Part shown: one piece after another, positions 27,982 to 39,527 of the stretch | Numbering within the stretch: the stretch's first letter is position 1 | Layout: each line of letters opens with the position of its first letter | Virus record (IMG/VR): IMGVR_UViG_3300029288_000085 | Span: 32,001 to 96,000 of that record | Source: a virus | Taxonomy: Duplodnaviria > Caudoviricetes | DNA length: 64,000 nt | Direction: 5' to 3' (one strand) | Notes under the pieces: generated by a model | Seen by the model: the letters and a program-made list of their open reading frames with translations, nothing else | Databases searched by the model: none | Told to the model about the DNA's origin: nothing | Position numbers and translations under genes: made by a program

Positions 27982-29844
27982 CTAATTTACGACTCTTTCT
28001 GCTCTCCATAAAATATAGTCTTCATCTGCCCCACCTGGAGCTGCATTAATATTTATGGTAAATGTAGTAGCACCAATAGATGTCACGAAGATAGAAGTTG
28101 CATTTGTCGGGGCTGTCTGGAATGTACATTGGATATCAGTAGGAGTGACATTCATTCCATGTGTAACTACTACAGAAGTATTTGCTCCTGCTATTGTAGC
28201 TAATCCTCTTGCTTTTGTTATGAATCCGTTGTTAGCTTCAACAATATTTGTTGTATGTGAGATGACTATTGGTACACCTGTTCCTCTTATAGTGAGAATA
28301 TCATTTCCTCTAACAGTCACTTCTCCTACAGTTGTATCAACTCCATTAGCTGTATTTCCTGCATCTGCCCCTATATTTCTTATTTTGGAATTTACTAAAG
28401 AAGAATAGTTATCAGAAATTTGAACACCTCCCACATCATTATTAGTATCCATTATAGTAGCAGATGAAACTGTAATGTCTTCCTGGGCTATCTTGAGAGC
28501 ATGAGTTTCGGTAGTGTCTAAATTATACAACATTATATTTGAGGCATTTATATATAGACCACTCAGAACCATGTTGCCTCCATTGACTACATTTATGTCG
28601 TTTAGTTGGCTGTACCCCCCTGAAACTGTGATCTGTGTTCCTATATTACTAGATGCCCCCCTTAAAACTAAGTTAGAAAGAGTTCCATAGACACCTGACC
28701 ACGTTATTCTCCCATTTGTATTATCCCCACTAAATGAACAATTATCAAGTTGATTCCCATTACCCGATATATTCAGATGTAAAGCACCATTTTTGTTGAA
28801 GTGACACCCTATCATCTTTGTCTCATTTCCATCAGAATCAATATAGATTTGACAAGATGCATTTGCAGGATCAGTATTTCCTGATTCAAAACCAATAGCA
28901 AGTATCTTAATGCGCTCACAATCAGCATCTATAGCTAGATAATCATCATTAAAACAGTGTTCAATTTTACCTAACTCAATTACCATTGATTGTGGAATAT
29001 TAGATGAACTTTGTGGATTTAACCACAAAGAAGGTTGTGATGTATCTCCACAATATTCAATAGCAAAATCTTTTATATTTCCTTTTACTGCTCTGTCAAC
29101 TTTGATAGCACTACCTTTGATATAATGGAATCCACAATTCTCTACTCTTCCATGATCAAAATCTGTCAACTTTAAAGCAGCTTCAACAGCTACAACTCTT
29201 CTACTTTCAATAGTTGCATTAGCTAAATCGGAATCATCTAGAAACAGAAGACCTCTTATTAGACCAGCCCCATGACGATATCTATTAGCGACATCAGGAG
29301 CAACATATTCTATAAGAGATCCTCCAGCAATTCCCGTTCTTGGTCTTATATATCCTTGAGTGTAAGCAGTTCCTAACCAAGTAGGAACTTTTATTTGCAT
29401 ATTAGAAATTAGGTTGATTGGGTAATTACAAGATACTGTAATGGCCTTGTCTGCATCGTAAACGGTTGGCTGTACTAACACAGTCCCCCCTTTACTAGCT
29501 TCTAAAGCTGAAACAGCTTTATCTAGTGAATCCCATGGATCTGCATCAAACCACAAACTTGAAATTTCGCCAGGGTTAGTAAAACTTACTGTTCCGGTCC
29601 CTGTAAATATTTGCTGATTTGGAGAAGCAATTATGTGAGCAGGAGAGGATATTGTTAATGTATTACCATTGGTATTTATCTTTCCTGATTCTCTAAATGC
29701 TAGATAACACGTTGAAGGGAAAGCTAAATCAGCAGAAAGGATTTGTTCTGTATCTATAATTAGATATGTTGGATCAGACCCTAAAGCACCTAATACTGTA
29801 TTAATATTATTTACTTTTCTTCCACCAATCATTGTGTCAGACAT
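27982..29844 (-). CDS. Tailspike-like beta-helix protein 1
   Basis: Pectin-lyase-like N/G/I-rich repeats; C-terminal VVVTHGMNVTP; located in the tail module. Confidence 0.7.
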   Translation of the reverse strand: MSDTMIGGRKVNNINTVLGALGSDPTYLIIDTEQILSADLAFPSTCYLAFRESGKINTNGNTLTISSPAHIIASPNQQIFTGTGTVSFTNPGEISSLWFDADPWDSLDKAVSALEASKGGTVLVQPTVYDADKAITVSCNYPINLISNMQIKVPTWLGTAYTQGYIRPRTGIAGGSLIEYVAPDVANRYRHGAGLIRGLLFLDDSDLANATIESRRVVAVEAALKLTDFDHGRVENCGFHYIKGSAIKVDRAVKGNIKDFAIEYCGDTSQPSLWLNPQSSSNIPQSMVIELGKIEHCFNDDYLAIDADCERIKILAIGFESGNTDPANASCQIYIDSDGNETKMIGCHFNKNGALHLNISGNGNQLDNCSFSGDNTNGRITWSGVYGTLSNLVLRGASSNIGTQITVSGGYSQLNDINVVNGGNMVLSGLYINASNIMLYNLDTTETHALKIAQEDITVSSATIMDTNNDVGGVQISDNYSSLVNSKIRNIGADAGNTANGVDTTVGEVTVRGNDILTIRGTGVPIVISHTTNIVEANNGFITKARGLATIAGANTSVVVTHGMNVTPTDIQCTFQTAPTNATSIFVTSIGATTFTININAAPGGADEDYILWRAERVVN

Positions 29845-29847
29845 AAA

Positions 29848-30810
29848 CTATATAACCACCCAAAGACCTGATTTAACACATCTTAATGTCGCAGCATCAT
29901 ATTGACCTGTTAGTTTTACACTTCTAGCTCCTTCTACTGAGTCACCTACTACCTTACAAGTAGCAGTTACGTCATAAGTAGCTGAAGTGTTAACTACAAC
30001 TATTTCTCTTCCTATATTCTTTGCACCTGTAGTAAATAACGTCAATTTCTTATTTGCTGGTATCAAATTGAAAACTACTGTACTATCAAGATGAGTAGCA
30101 CTATAATTTGTTGCAACAGTTACTATTTGAGATTTATATCCTCTATGTGTAAGATCTTGTATAGAAGCGTTTGTAATGGAAGCTGTTCTTACTTTTACAC
30201 TAGCCACTGTGATAGCATGAATAGCTTGGTCTATCATTCTCATTGACTTAGTATAAATATAAGATAGATTCTGATCAGTAGGAGCGGCTTCTGGAAATCT
30301 ATAATAGGGGGTATAATCTCTAAATATCTGATAAGACTGCCCAGTTAAGGTATCGCCTGAAAAATAAGAAGCAGATAAGTTATATCCATCAGTAAGAACT
30401 TTGCCTAAAGTAATTGAGAATAATCCACTATCATAATCTATAGTACCAGTTCCACCTTGAGTACCAGTAAGTGTACCTGCACCATCATCAGCAAATCTTT
30501 CACTTGCATTGATGACAGCTTTAGTTTGAATGACTGGTCTGTAAGATAATGTACCTGAATAAATATTAGTAGCAGCATTAGCACTTGCCACATTTTCTGT
30601 TCTGGCAGTCTGATAACTTGTATTTGCATATCGTGAGGATAAGACTAATTTAGTTGCAGAATAAACTGCTGCAATAGTATAAAATACTCCCTCATTAGTC
30701 AACTTGAATACATAGTTTGCACTAACATAAGTAGTAAATTGTGTATTACTACCTATTACAATTGCTGATCCGATTTTGATTTTGGCCGACCCGCTCGAAT
30801 AACTTGCCAA
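29848..30810 (-). CDS. Tail fibre/appendage protein
   Basis: YSSGSAKI..GSAIVIGSNTQF-type N-terminus; DDGAG...GTIDYDSG. Confidence 0.6.
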   Translation of the reverse strand: MASYSSGSAKIKIGSAIVIGSNTQFTTYVSANYVFKLTNEGVFYTIAAVYSATKLVLSSRYANTSYQTARTENVASANAATNIYSGTLSYRPVIQTKAVINASERFADDGAGTLTGTQGGTGTIDYDSGLFSITLGKVLTDGYNLSASYFSGDTLTGQSYQIFRDYTPYYRFPEAAPTDQNLSYIYTKSMRMIDQAIHAITVASVKVRTASITNASIQDLTHRGYKSQIVTVATNYSATHLDSTVVFNLIPANKKLTLFTTGAKNIGREIVVVNTSATYDVTATCKVVGDSVEGARSVKLTGQYDAATLRCVKSGLWVVI

Positions 30811-30821
30811 GCTGTTACCTC

Positions 30822-32828
30822 CTAATCTGCATAAAAATAATTTGCCACTAATTTATATCTGTCACCAAGGGCAGATGCATTTCTTATTCTCACAAAAGTT
30901 CCTTTGTCTAAAACATTGATATGTCTTAATTTAGAACTATTTAGGCATGAACCTATTGTTGAATGTATATTGACTACAGATGATTTTGTGATTGTAAAAA
31001 TGCCTGATATATCTGGATTAGCATCTGTTGCTGCTAATGAAATTTCTAATATTCCACGACTGTTCGATGGTAGATCAATTCTATCAAAAGGATCAAATGT
31101 GTCATCTCTAATTGTTAAGACCTTTATCTTCTTAGTCGTATTATCTATGTAAGTTGCTGAACTGTCATCCCATTTTCTATAGTTGTAAATTTGGCTATAT
31201 GAACCATTCCCAATTACTGTGAATCGTTGCTTCTTCTTGTAAAATGATCTGAAAACAGGCGAAGCAATATTTACTGATGCATTTAGAGTAAGTTGACCAT
31301 TTCTATTCAATCGTACTGGTGTTCCTACTTTATCTGTCTTAAAACAAGTACTACCAGACTTCTCAATATATAGTCTAAGAGCATTATTAATATAAGAAGA
31401 GAAGTTTAAAGATGCTTCCGTTCTTACAATATTGCTATGGATTGGCTTCTTTAGATTGACATAACTTTTAGTGAATGTGGTGATACTTGTACCATCAATT
31501 TTAGATTCTATTAATCTTGATGCTTCTAAATTTAAAGTTCTAGTTCTATAATTAGTTGCTACTGCTCCTAAACTGAGAAGACTATTTCTTGTTGCAACTA
31601 AACTTGCTGATGGACCTATTGCTAACTTATGTAGAGCTTTAGATTTAACTATTCTCCAATACTTATTAGGTTTAGCATTATTTATAAATCTAATTTCGCT
31701 AGGTGTGATATCATTACCATCATATAGATAAATAATAGACTTATTTCCAGCAGTACCAGCTTCAAGAGTAATATCCCCACCTTGTCTGATTGTTAATCCT
31801 GCACTTGCTGTAATAATCAGACCTTGCAATGAGTCAATAATCAAACCACTTGCTGTGTTAATTGTAATTTCAGGTCCGGTTGAATATAATTTTCCACCTT
31901 TAGTGACTCTGAATAATGCACTGGCAGGATTACTATGCCCTATCCATTCTCTATAAGTAGCATCTTGAGAATCTAATACAACAGTATCATTTCCAGCACC
32001 AACTTTTACTTTACCAGCATTTGAAAGTATTACTGCATTCTTACTTAATTGTGAAGATGTAACATCCCATCCTGCTATTAACCCCTGATCTGCTCGTATA
32101 CTACCAGTTTTAGTTACACTGAATGGAGCACTAGCAGGATTATCATGCCCTGACCATATTCTATATGTTGTATTCTGTGAATCAAGTCTTATTATATTAT
32201 TTCCAGAACCTAGTTTTATCTTACCAGAACTACATATAATTGCATTATTTTTAGTCAGTTGTGTAGCAGTTAAATCCCATCCAGCAATTTGGTTTCTTGT
32301 GTTGGAAAGTTCAAATATAGTAGCTGAATTGGCATCAAATCCTGACAGACCATATGTAGTTCCATAAAGATTGCCTATTTTTATTCTATCAATGCTTGAT
32401 TTTGTAACTCTGATTAGAGGAGCATCAGAAAGTTGATCTGTGATATGAAGTTCACCAGTGATAATCTCATGAGCAGAAAATAGTGTAGATGGTCTCCATT
32501 CATAAATTTTTACATTAGCACCAGTTTCAACATATAATCTTACATACTTAGCTTGAAAGATACCAGGTAGAATTCCTAATACTTTACCATTAGAATCTCT
32601 AGTTGTTGTTAGGTAGTTAGTTTGAGCAGATATTTCACTTGTGCCATAATAAGACAATAGTTGTCCTGTAGCTAATGCATGACTTGCATTACCTGCCCAA
32701 TAACTCCATTCATCATTAATATTTACCTTCATTCCAAAGTAGACATTACAATTCGTACTTATCCATAATATCTGTTTATGGAAGAAATGCGCTACTTGAA
32801 ATTCGTAATCTATATGTGCATAGGCCAT
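30822..32828 (-). CDS. Tail fibre-like protein with a ~70-aa tandem duplication
   Basis: IAGWD...GH.NPASA.F.VTK.G occurs twice. Confidence 0.6.
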   Translation of the reverse strand: MAYAHIDYEFQVAHFFHKQILWISTNCNVYFGMKVNINDEWSYWAGNASHALATGQLLSYYGTSEISAQTNYLTTTRDSNGKVLGILPGIFQAKYVRLYVETGANVKIYEWRPSTLFSAHEIITGELHITDQLSDAPLIRVTKSSIDRIKIGNLYGTTYGLSGFDANSATIFELSNTRNQIAGWDLTATQLTKNNAIICSSGKIKLGSGNNIIRLDSQNTTYRIWSGHDNPASAPFSVTKTGSIRADQGLIAGWDVTSSQLSKNAVILSNAGKVKVGAGNDTVVLDSQDATYREWIGHSNPASALFRVTKGGKLYSTGPEITINTASGLIIDSLQGLIITASAGLTIRQGGDITLEAGTAGNKSIIYLYDGNDITPSEIRFINNAKPNKYWRIVKSKALHKLAIGPSASLVATRNSLLSLGAVATNYRTRTLNLEASRLIESKIDGTSITTFTKSYVNLKKPIHSNIVRTEASLNFSSYINNALRLYIEKSGSTCFKTDKVGTPVRLNRNGQLTLNASVNIASPVFRSFYKKKQRFTVIGNGSYSQIYNYRKWDDSSATYIDNTTKKIKVLTIRDDTFDPFDRIDLPSNSRGILEISLAATDANPDISGIFTITKSSVVNIHSTIGSCLNSSKLRHINVLDKGTFVRIRNASALGDRYKLVANYFYAD

Positions 32829-32853
32829 TTATGGTAATTTACTTCCTTTTCAT

Positions 32854-35034
32854 TTATCTCACATCTTGAGTTCTAGATATTTCTACCCATTTACCAACAC
32901 TAGAATTATATATAAAGGTAATAACATCAACAGAACTGGCGGTTCCCGTCATGGTAAATGCATCTCCAGCAAGGAGATAATTATTACCAAATGCTACGGT
33001 GAATGGGCCACCAGCCGCAGCTTGCTGGATGATAAAACGTAGTTCTGTTCCAACTGCACTCCTGTTTGGATTTTTGATAGTCGTGTTTTCCGTTAAGAGG
33101 TGGTATATATTCCAACCACTTTCAACGGTGACGATAACTTGATTACTGACACTTAATGCAGCTTGTGTATAGTTGGCAATACCGGCATTGACACGCAATG
33201 CACCAACACCCATGCGATCAAATTCTACATCTGTTGCTGCTGCCCCAGATCCAAAAAGCTGAGTGCCATCCACTTTAAGAACAAAGCCATCATAAGAATC
33301 CAGTACGCCAGATGTACTTACTCTTGTTTGTAGAACATTTAATGCTGTCGAACTTCTAACAAGAAATAGAATCTTATTTTGATACATCCTTATATAGTCA
33401 TCTAATCCACCAACAAATTTAAAGTAGTCCATCCTATCGTCAATCCAAAGAGTCGTGGTACTACTGTCAGTAATGTTGGATGTAGAAATATTTCTGAAGT
33501 CATTTATGTAAGTTCCAGCAGTGATCTTCGTATAGAGGGTATTGGCATTTATTATGCCACCTCGCAGGCCACTATCTTGGCATGTGATAAACTCAACTGC
33601 ACTACATCTATCTAAATTGAATATTGCCCGCCTAACATCTACGTATCCATCCGCTTTAGAGTCAGGGTCAGCCCCGTCCGATAGTCTAACATAGACTGTG
33701 CTGTATCCAAGTGTATCATTATCCCCATAATCCCATTCACTGGCTGCAAGAGATCCCATAGTGCCAACAGTCATTTTTACGGCATTTTCGTAAACCATTG
33801 AAGGCTCAACTAGACTCGGGTCACCTCCTGCGGCCAGTTCTACATAATATTCATTCGTTCCAGATCCAGAGGCTGTCCATTTGTAGGTTCCAGCCAATAC
33901 GATATCTTTTGCATCGGTTGAAAAAACGCAATGGTCAAAAACAACATTTCTAGGATTCTCCCCGCCTTCGTTGTCAATTTTCACGGCATATGGCATGACA
34001 GTCGGGGTTATATACCCATCGTATCCTATTGATTCGAAGTGTGACCTGATAAATGAGTATCTCCCTCCAGCAGTTAGATGTATTCCGTAATGGCTACTAG
34101 CTTCAAAAACTCCTCCTAACACAAGTACGTCATATGGGCCACTGTTGACATCATCAAGTGCTTCTGTCAAATTCCCATCACAGTGAAATGCCGTTTTGCC
34201 AAAACGATAACTACCACCAACAATAGTAAGGGTTGTCCCATCACAGATATAGAGTTGATATTCTGTGTTGGAGTAACTATAGATGTTATTAAGCTCTGTC
34301 TCAAGGCATCGAGACAGTAATATTCCTGCATTAGTGAAACCCGTTACAACACAATCCTCTATCTTTCCATTGAGCGCAATCCCATGAAGATTGAATCCAT
34401 TTACACCTGTAGAATTTCCATCAAGATATAGATTTTTGAATGTGACTCCAAATGTCCAATATGTCGGTGTTTGGTCTAATGAGTAAGTGTTGAAAATGTC
34501 AACAGCAGCAGTTGCGATCAGCTTGCCTTTCCCGCCCATTCCCTCAAATGTCCAATCCAATCTTGTACTAGCGATCAATGTTGGAAGAGTTAATGCTGTT
34601 CCTATGCCATAACCAGATGAATTAGCATTAAATAAAAATCTACATGGTAATATTGGAGCAGAATTAATCATCTTCTGTAATGATGTTGAAACATCGGTTC
34701 CATCAGCAGTAGCGAACCATCCTGCACATATATCCCCACCAATAGTAAATGCAACACTACCAGTACCAGTGAAAATAACTTGGTTTGGTGATGCTATAAT
34801 ATGCCCTGGTGAATTTATTGTAAGAGTATTACCATTAGTATCAATCATTCCATCATAAACAAATATTAGGAATACATTAGCAGGACATGCTAAATCTGCT
34901 GATAAAGTTTGTAGTGTGTCTATAACTAGATGACTTTTATTTACTCCTACTTTAGTGATTGCTGTTTCTAATCCGCCACCTAAATAAGTTACATTCTTAC
35001 TTCCTGCATGTGCATATATCAACTTGTCAGTCAT
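32854..35034 (-). CDS. Tailspike-like beta-helix protein 2
   Basis: N-terminus homologous to 27982..29844; beta-helix repeats; C-terminal fibre-tip domain. Confidence 0.7.
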   Translation of the reverse strand: MTDKLIYAHAGSKNVTYLGGGLETAITKVGVNKSHLVIDTLQTLSADLACPANVFLIFVYDGMIDTNGNTLTINSPGHIIASPNQVIFTGTGSVAFTIGGDICAGWFATADGTDVSTSLQKMINSAPILPCRFLFNANSSGYGIGTALTLPTLIASTRLDWTFEGMGGKGKLIATAAVDIFNTYSLDQTPTYWTFGVTFKNLYLDGNSTGVNGFNLHGIALNGKIEDCVVTGFTNAGILLSRCLETELNNIYSYSNTEYQLYICDGTTLTIVGGSYRFGKTAFHCDGNLTEALDDVNSGPYDVLVLGGVFEASSHYGIHLTAGGRYSFIRSHFESIGYDGYITPTVMPYAVKIDNEGGENPRNVVFDHCVFSTDAKDIVLAGTYKWTASGSGTNEYYVELAAGGDPSLVEPSMVYENAVKMTVGTMGSLAASEWDYGDNDTLGYSTVYVRLSDGADPDSKADGYVDVRRAIFNLDRCSAVEFITCQDSGLRGGIINANTLYTKITAGTYINDFRNISTSNITDSSTTTLWIDDRMDYFKFVGGLDDYIRMYQNKILFLVRSSTALNVLQTRVSTSGVLDSYDGFVLKVDGTQLFGSGAAATDVEFDRMGVGALRVNAGIANYTQAALSVSNQVIVTVESGWNIYHLLTENTTIKNPNRSAVGTELRFIIQQAAAGGPFTVAFGNNYLLAGDAFTMTGTASSVDVITFIYNSSVGKWVEISRTQDVR

Positions 35035-38000
35035 TAAGTTATTGTGATACCCCCACTACTAATATTACTATCATAGATACTGGCTGTATACCCACTTCCA
35101 CCAGATTGATATACTGCCATTTGGAATAGATCATCCACTATCTTATTTGAACTCGCTACTGCTTGTACATAAGTAGCTGATGATTGTTGATACCAATCAT
35201 AATCTCTTACTGCAATTTTAACACTAGGATTATTACCATAGGACATAACTTCAGAACTTGTAAGAATTCTAGTAAAATTATTCTCTCCTATATATGTAGG
35301 TGTTGACCACCCACCACTACCAATTTTAATCTTATATTCATAAGATTTATGATCTTTCTCTTCACTCTTATCCCAACTAAAATTAACTCCACCAACTACG
35401 CCAACAGCAACAACCCCCATAAGTTTTTCTGGAACTGAATTGTATGCATCAAATCTGAGATTTCCAACTGATGTCTGACCTTGTGTATTTTTAGAATAAA
35501 CTATAAAAATCAACGGGTTAGCTACAGTTCCATACATACTATTCTTTGCATCATCCATCATATTTTCAAATGTATATGTGAATGTTTCTCCACTTATAAA
35601 TTGAGTTCTTAGAAGATTGGAACCGGAGACTGATGTATGATATATTTCAATTACATACCCTTTTAATATCATTGGATTATTGGGTGGATTCCAAGCAATT
35701 GTAACGTCTTTACCATCATATGTGTGAGTACAGGGATATCCAACAAGATATATTCCGGTAGGTGGGTCAATAATATAAGCCATAGAGGAAAGATAACAAG
35801 ATAAATCTACAGGATCACTTACTTTATGTATAGTTCTAGACATAAATCTAAAATCATACGTCTTATCTAAGATGAGTGAGTTGTTAATATATTTTGCCCA
35901 TCTTCTATCAATTGGGATTGTAGCAATTGGTTGATACAGTGAAGAGTCTTGCCCATATTCTTTCATCTGAACTAAAATCTCTATCACATTAGGACTATCC
36001 AAAGGTGGATCAGCTTTTAAAATAAACCCTATCCCCTCTTGTGCGGGTAAAGGATTTACTTGTGCATTTATTGGTGGTTTAGGTTTTAATAGTGGGTTAG
36101 GTAATTGTGATGGTCTATCCTCTACTACACTAATTACAGGTTCTGTAGTATATAATTCAGATAGATGTTCTACTCCAGCAAGTTCTACTTCATTCTCTTC
36201 TGTTCTACTAACATTTATTAATCTAAATTTCTTAGAAAATGATCCTGTCTTCCCAAACACAAATACTGAATTACTTGTTGGGTATGCTGCTCCTGGAAAT
36301 CCATTCACTTTGATAGTTTGTGTCTTTTCATTATTTGAATGACTTGCAGTATTAACAGTAGCTACTACAAATGAATTCTCATTATTTTGATATCTAACAA
36401 TGTATGTAGCTGAAACTGTAGCAACTGTAACTGAGGCATTCAGAACTATTTTATTAGTTGTAGAATTGTAAGATAATACTCTTCCACCCTCACCCCATTG
36501 AGGAAGATCATCTTGGAGATATATAATATCTCCAGCAGTAGCATGAATATAATCCAACCCACATTTTACTGAGACAGTATGTGAGCAATTCGTTACTTTA
36601 TTCAGTTTCCACTTTAGTTCACGCTCTGCCTTTTTTCTATTAGTAATACCTTTTAGACCAACAGTATTTTCATTGAGTTTAGTTAATGTTGTAGATGTAG
36701 ATCTTGCTGCCAACGATCTCATATCATAATCTTCATCTTCATCAGTATATTGACCAATTAGTTTATGAGGTATTTCTGAAAGTGGGGCAAAAGATTGTGA
36801 AAATGAAGTTGTGTTACCTTTAGAAAGTGTATGTACGGGTGTATCATCAGTATCTGCAACGAAATTGATTTTACCATCATACCAAATAGGCCACGTTCTA
36901 AATGAATCACACATTTCAAGTAAAGCCGCAAGAGCGGATTGACCAGTTTCTAACACTCCATCCCAAGTATGATAATGCATCTTAGATACTGAACCAACAG
37001 ATGGTGCAGTTGCACTTCTATCTAATGATACATCTGAAATTGTCATTGTGAGGGTTGCCAACGAATCTGCATTATTTATCATTAGTCCTAACTTTGAGAA
37101 TCCACTATTTTTAGCTATAAAAGAATTAGTAACGTGTGTTCCACTACTCTTATTAGTAAGATCAGTAACAACCCCACTATTCCAACCGCTAACATTATCC
37201 CATAACCAAAATTTCAGATTGCAACTTGCATTAACACTTGCTAAAGTAACTCTTGCTCTATATGTTTCTCCTCTACTTAATGGACAATTAAAATCAAATG
37301 CTGCACCATAAAGATAGGCATTAGATAGATTAATTTTGCGAGCAGTACTATTAATACTTAATGTTTGATTCGTGAAGAATAATGGTGATATATGATTTCC
37401 AAATGTATCTTGAGGTCCATTGTCCCACCAATATAGTCTATCAATAGACGTTGGATAATATACTTTATGACATTCTTTTATAATTGTTGTAGTAGGATAA
37501 AGATCTGTAGTTTTAAAATAATCACCAATACCATATCGTGTGTTGAGTACCATATCTCTTACACATACCATAGCATTATTTGACCATTCAGTTCTCCAAC
37601 TAGCAGCATTATTCCAATACACTACACTATCGTCTATATTTTCCCATCTGTTGTCCCCATTATCCCAATAACAATTATCAAATCGTACATTAGTTCCAGC
37701 AGAGACCGCACTCTTTATAGCTGGAACCTGAACCTTTTCTCCCTTAATAACTGTTGTAACTTGTGGAGGAGCACCTGATATTTGTCCTGATGCTCTTATT
37801 CTAAATCCTAATAATGCTGTATCTGGATAGATGAACTTTCCTTGTACGATTTCTAAGACAGAATGCAACTCAATTGTATCGGCTATGCTTAATTGATTTG
37901 AAGCATCACCATAAGGACGGAATAATCTTATTTGATATACATCATTTCCACTACCATTAAGAATATTATTAAAATCTAAAGTTACGGAACTCCATACACC

Positions 38001-39527
38001 AGTCTTGGTTTTTCCTGATACATAATTATCATATGCAGAAGTTGGAATAGCAGATGTTATAGTATAAATATTATTTGTTGATATTAAGTTAGTTAACCCA
38101 ATGGTGTATTCTTTAAATGTAATATACCCAGGTACAAAATAAGTGGGGCCAGGATAGTATCCAACACTTTGATCGGGATAATAAATAGGATAGAAATCTC
38201 TTTGTATTAAGATATTTACATATCCAATTGTTGTAACACCACCAGCAGTTAAAGCTACTGTCACTGTATACCATTTAGTAGCAGTAAAATTATCTCCTAC
38301 TTCAAATTCAAATGTCGTATCTGGAGAAATTTGTAGAATCTGCATTGTGACATCACTTGGTTTTGTTGCAGTATGTATATTTTCTGGGTGAGTGTAAGAT
38401 ACATATATATGAGAAGACGGTGTGGTTATCACCGTTGGGGTAAATCCCCAAACTCCTGAAAGTGAAATAACCCAATCCCATCTAAATACATCATACCAAG
38501 TACTAGTACCGTTAACTCTAAATTGAATTCTATAATATGCTGTTTTATCTAATAAAGTACCAGAGCTGGAATCATAAAGTGCAGGAGCAAAAATTTGAAG
38601 TGTTACCATATCTACTTCTTTAGTTGTAGTATATGTTATCCCCGCTGCTGTTATTTCTCTCTCATCATCATATTGTACTTTAGCCCCATCAAAATATGGA
38701 ATCTTATTCTGATATCTAGGATCGTATATAGATTTAGTATAATTAGATGCATTTGCACCATTTCTATACCACCATTGTACATCTGAATAATCAGACAAAG
38801 GTTGTCCATCTAATTCTATAGCCGGTCTTGTATACGATGCTGACATTTGATTAGACGTAATACAAATTGAGGAATGATTGTTTTCTCTACAAACACCTTC
38901 TATTTCACCTTCACACAAAGCTAATAGCATATAGAGATAATCACTTTCACCGGATCTTTCAGTAAATAAAGAAATAACATTTCCACCAATTTTATGAGTT
39001 CCATAGACAACAGGGATAGGCATATCTTCTGATGCCATTGTCTTTACACCTGACCAATTATATGTCTGTGAATTTCCACCACCACCATAATTTAGGTTAG
39101 GAAGATCTGGCTTGAATAGAAAATAGGAAATGCCCCCTAGAGCCATTGCTGCTCCCATCATTGCAAGGGATACACCTGTCATTAGCTGTACACCACCTAT
39201 AGAAATGTACCCTTGTCCTGTGATAGCTCCTACTACAACAAGTGCAGCACCAACGACTATCTGAAAAATAGCTCCTACTTTTCCTCCTTCAAGTGGGGGA
39301 GTAATAACTACTTCATCATCTTTTTCTAATTTAGTAATAATCCAATCGTCAGGATGTATATATTTACTATTTATATGAACTACTACTTTTTCCTTAAGAG
39401 TATATTCATATAGTTCATCACTGGAGGTTCTAGCAAATTCATATACAGCAGGAATAAGATATTCTCTATCTATACTCCTAAATTCTGAATCTTCATCTAA
39501 AATATTTCTAAATGTTACTTTAGCCAT
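35034..39527 (-). CDS. Tail tip / host-specificity protein (lambda gpJ-like, with gpI-like N-terminus)
   Basis: PIPVVYGTHKIGG, LALCEGEI, YPDTALLG, WSNN, GDII. Confidence 0.85.
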   Translation of the reverse strand: MAKVTFRNILDEDSEFRSIDREYLIPAVYEFARTSSDELYEYTLKEKVVVHINSKYIHPDDWIITKLEKDDEVVITPPLEGGKVGAIFQIVVGAALVVVGAITGQGYISIGGVQLMTGVSLAMMGAAMALGGISYFLFKPDLPNLNYGGGGNSQTYNWSGVKTMASEDMPIPVVYGTHKIGGNVISLFTERSGESDYLYMLLALCEGEIEGVCRENNHSSICITSNQMSASYTRPAIELDGQPLSDYSDVQWWYRNGANASNYTKSIYDPRYQNKIPYFDGAKVQYDDEREITAAGITYTTTKEVDMVTLQIFAPALYDSSSGTLLDKTAYYRIQFRVNGTSTWYDVFRWDWVISLSGVWGFTPTVITTPSSHIYVSYTHPENIHTATKPSDVTMQILQISPDTTFEFEVGDNFTATKWYTVTVALTAGGVTTIGYVNILIQRDFYPIYYPDQSVGYYPGPTYFVPGYITFKEYTIGLTNLISTNNIYTITSAIPTSAYDNYVSGKTKTGVWSSVTLDFNNILNGSGNDVYQIRLFRPYGDASNQLSIADTIELHSVLEIVQGKFIYPDTALLGFRIRASGQISGAPPQVTTVIKGEKVQVPAIKSAVSAGTNVRFDNCYWDNGDNRWENIDDSVVYWNNAASWRTEWSNNAMVCVRDMVLNTRYGIGDYFKTTDLYPTTTIIKECHKVYYPTSIDRLYWWDNGPQDTFGNHISPLFFTNQTLSINSTARKINLSNAYLYGAAFDFNCPLSRGETYRARVTLASVNASCNLKFWLWDNVSGWNSGVVTDLTNKSSGTHVTNSFIAKNSGFSKLGLMINNADSLATLTMTISDVSLDRSATAPSVGSVSKMHYHTWDGVLETGQSALAALLEMCDSFRTWPIWYDGKINFVADTDDTPVHTLSKGNTTSFSQSFAPLSEIPHKLIGQYTDEDEDYDMRSLAARSTSTTLTKLNENTVGLKGITNRKKAERELKWKLNKVTNCSHTVSVKCGLDYIHATAGDIIYLQDDLPQWGEGGRVLSYNSTTNKIVLNASVTVATVSATYIVRYQNNENSFVVATVNTASHSNNEKTQTIKVNGFPGAAYPTSNSVFVFGKTGSFSKKFRLINVSRTEENEVELAGVEHLSELYTTEPVISVVEDRPSQLPNPLLKPKPPINAQVNPLPAQEGIGFILKADPPLDSPNVIEILVQMKEYGQDSSLYQPIATIPIDRRWAKYINNSLILDKTYDFRFMSRTIHKVSDPVDLSCYLSSMAYIIDPPTGIYLVGYPCTHTYDGKDVTIAWNPPNNPMILKGYVIEIYHTSVSGSNLLRTQFISGETFTYTFENMMDDAKNSMYGTVANPLIFIVYSKNTQGQTSVGNLRFDAYNSVPEKLMGVVAVGVVGGVNFSWDKSEEKDHKSYEYKIKIGSGGWSTPTYIGENNFTRILTSSEVMSYGNNPSVKIAVRDYDWYQQSSATYVQAVASSNKIVDDLFQMAVYQSGGSGYTASIYDSNISSGGITIT

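Noticed and set aside
27982-39527. Diversity-generating retroelement acting on tail fibres
   Set aside because: No reverse transcriptase and no adenine-variant repeat pair was seen in the window.
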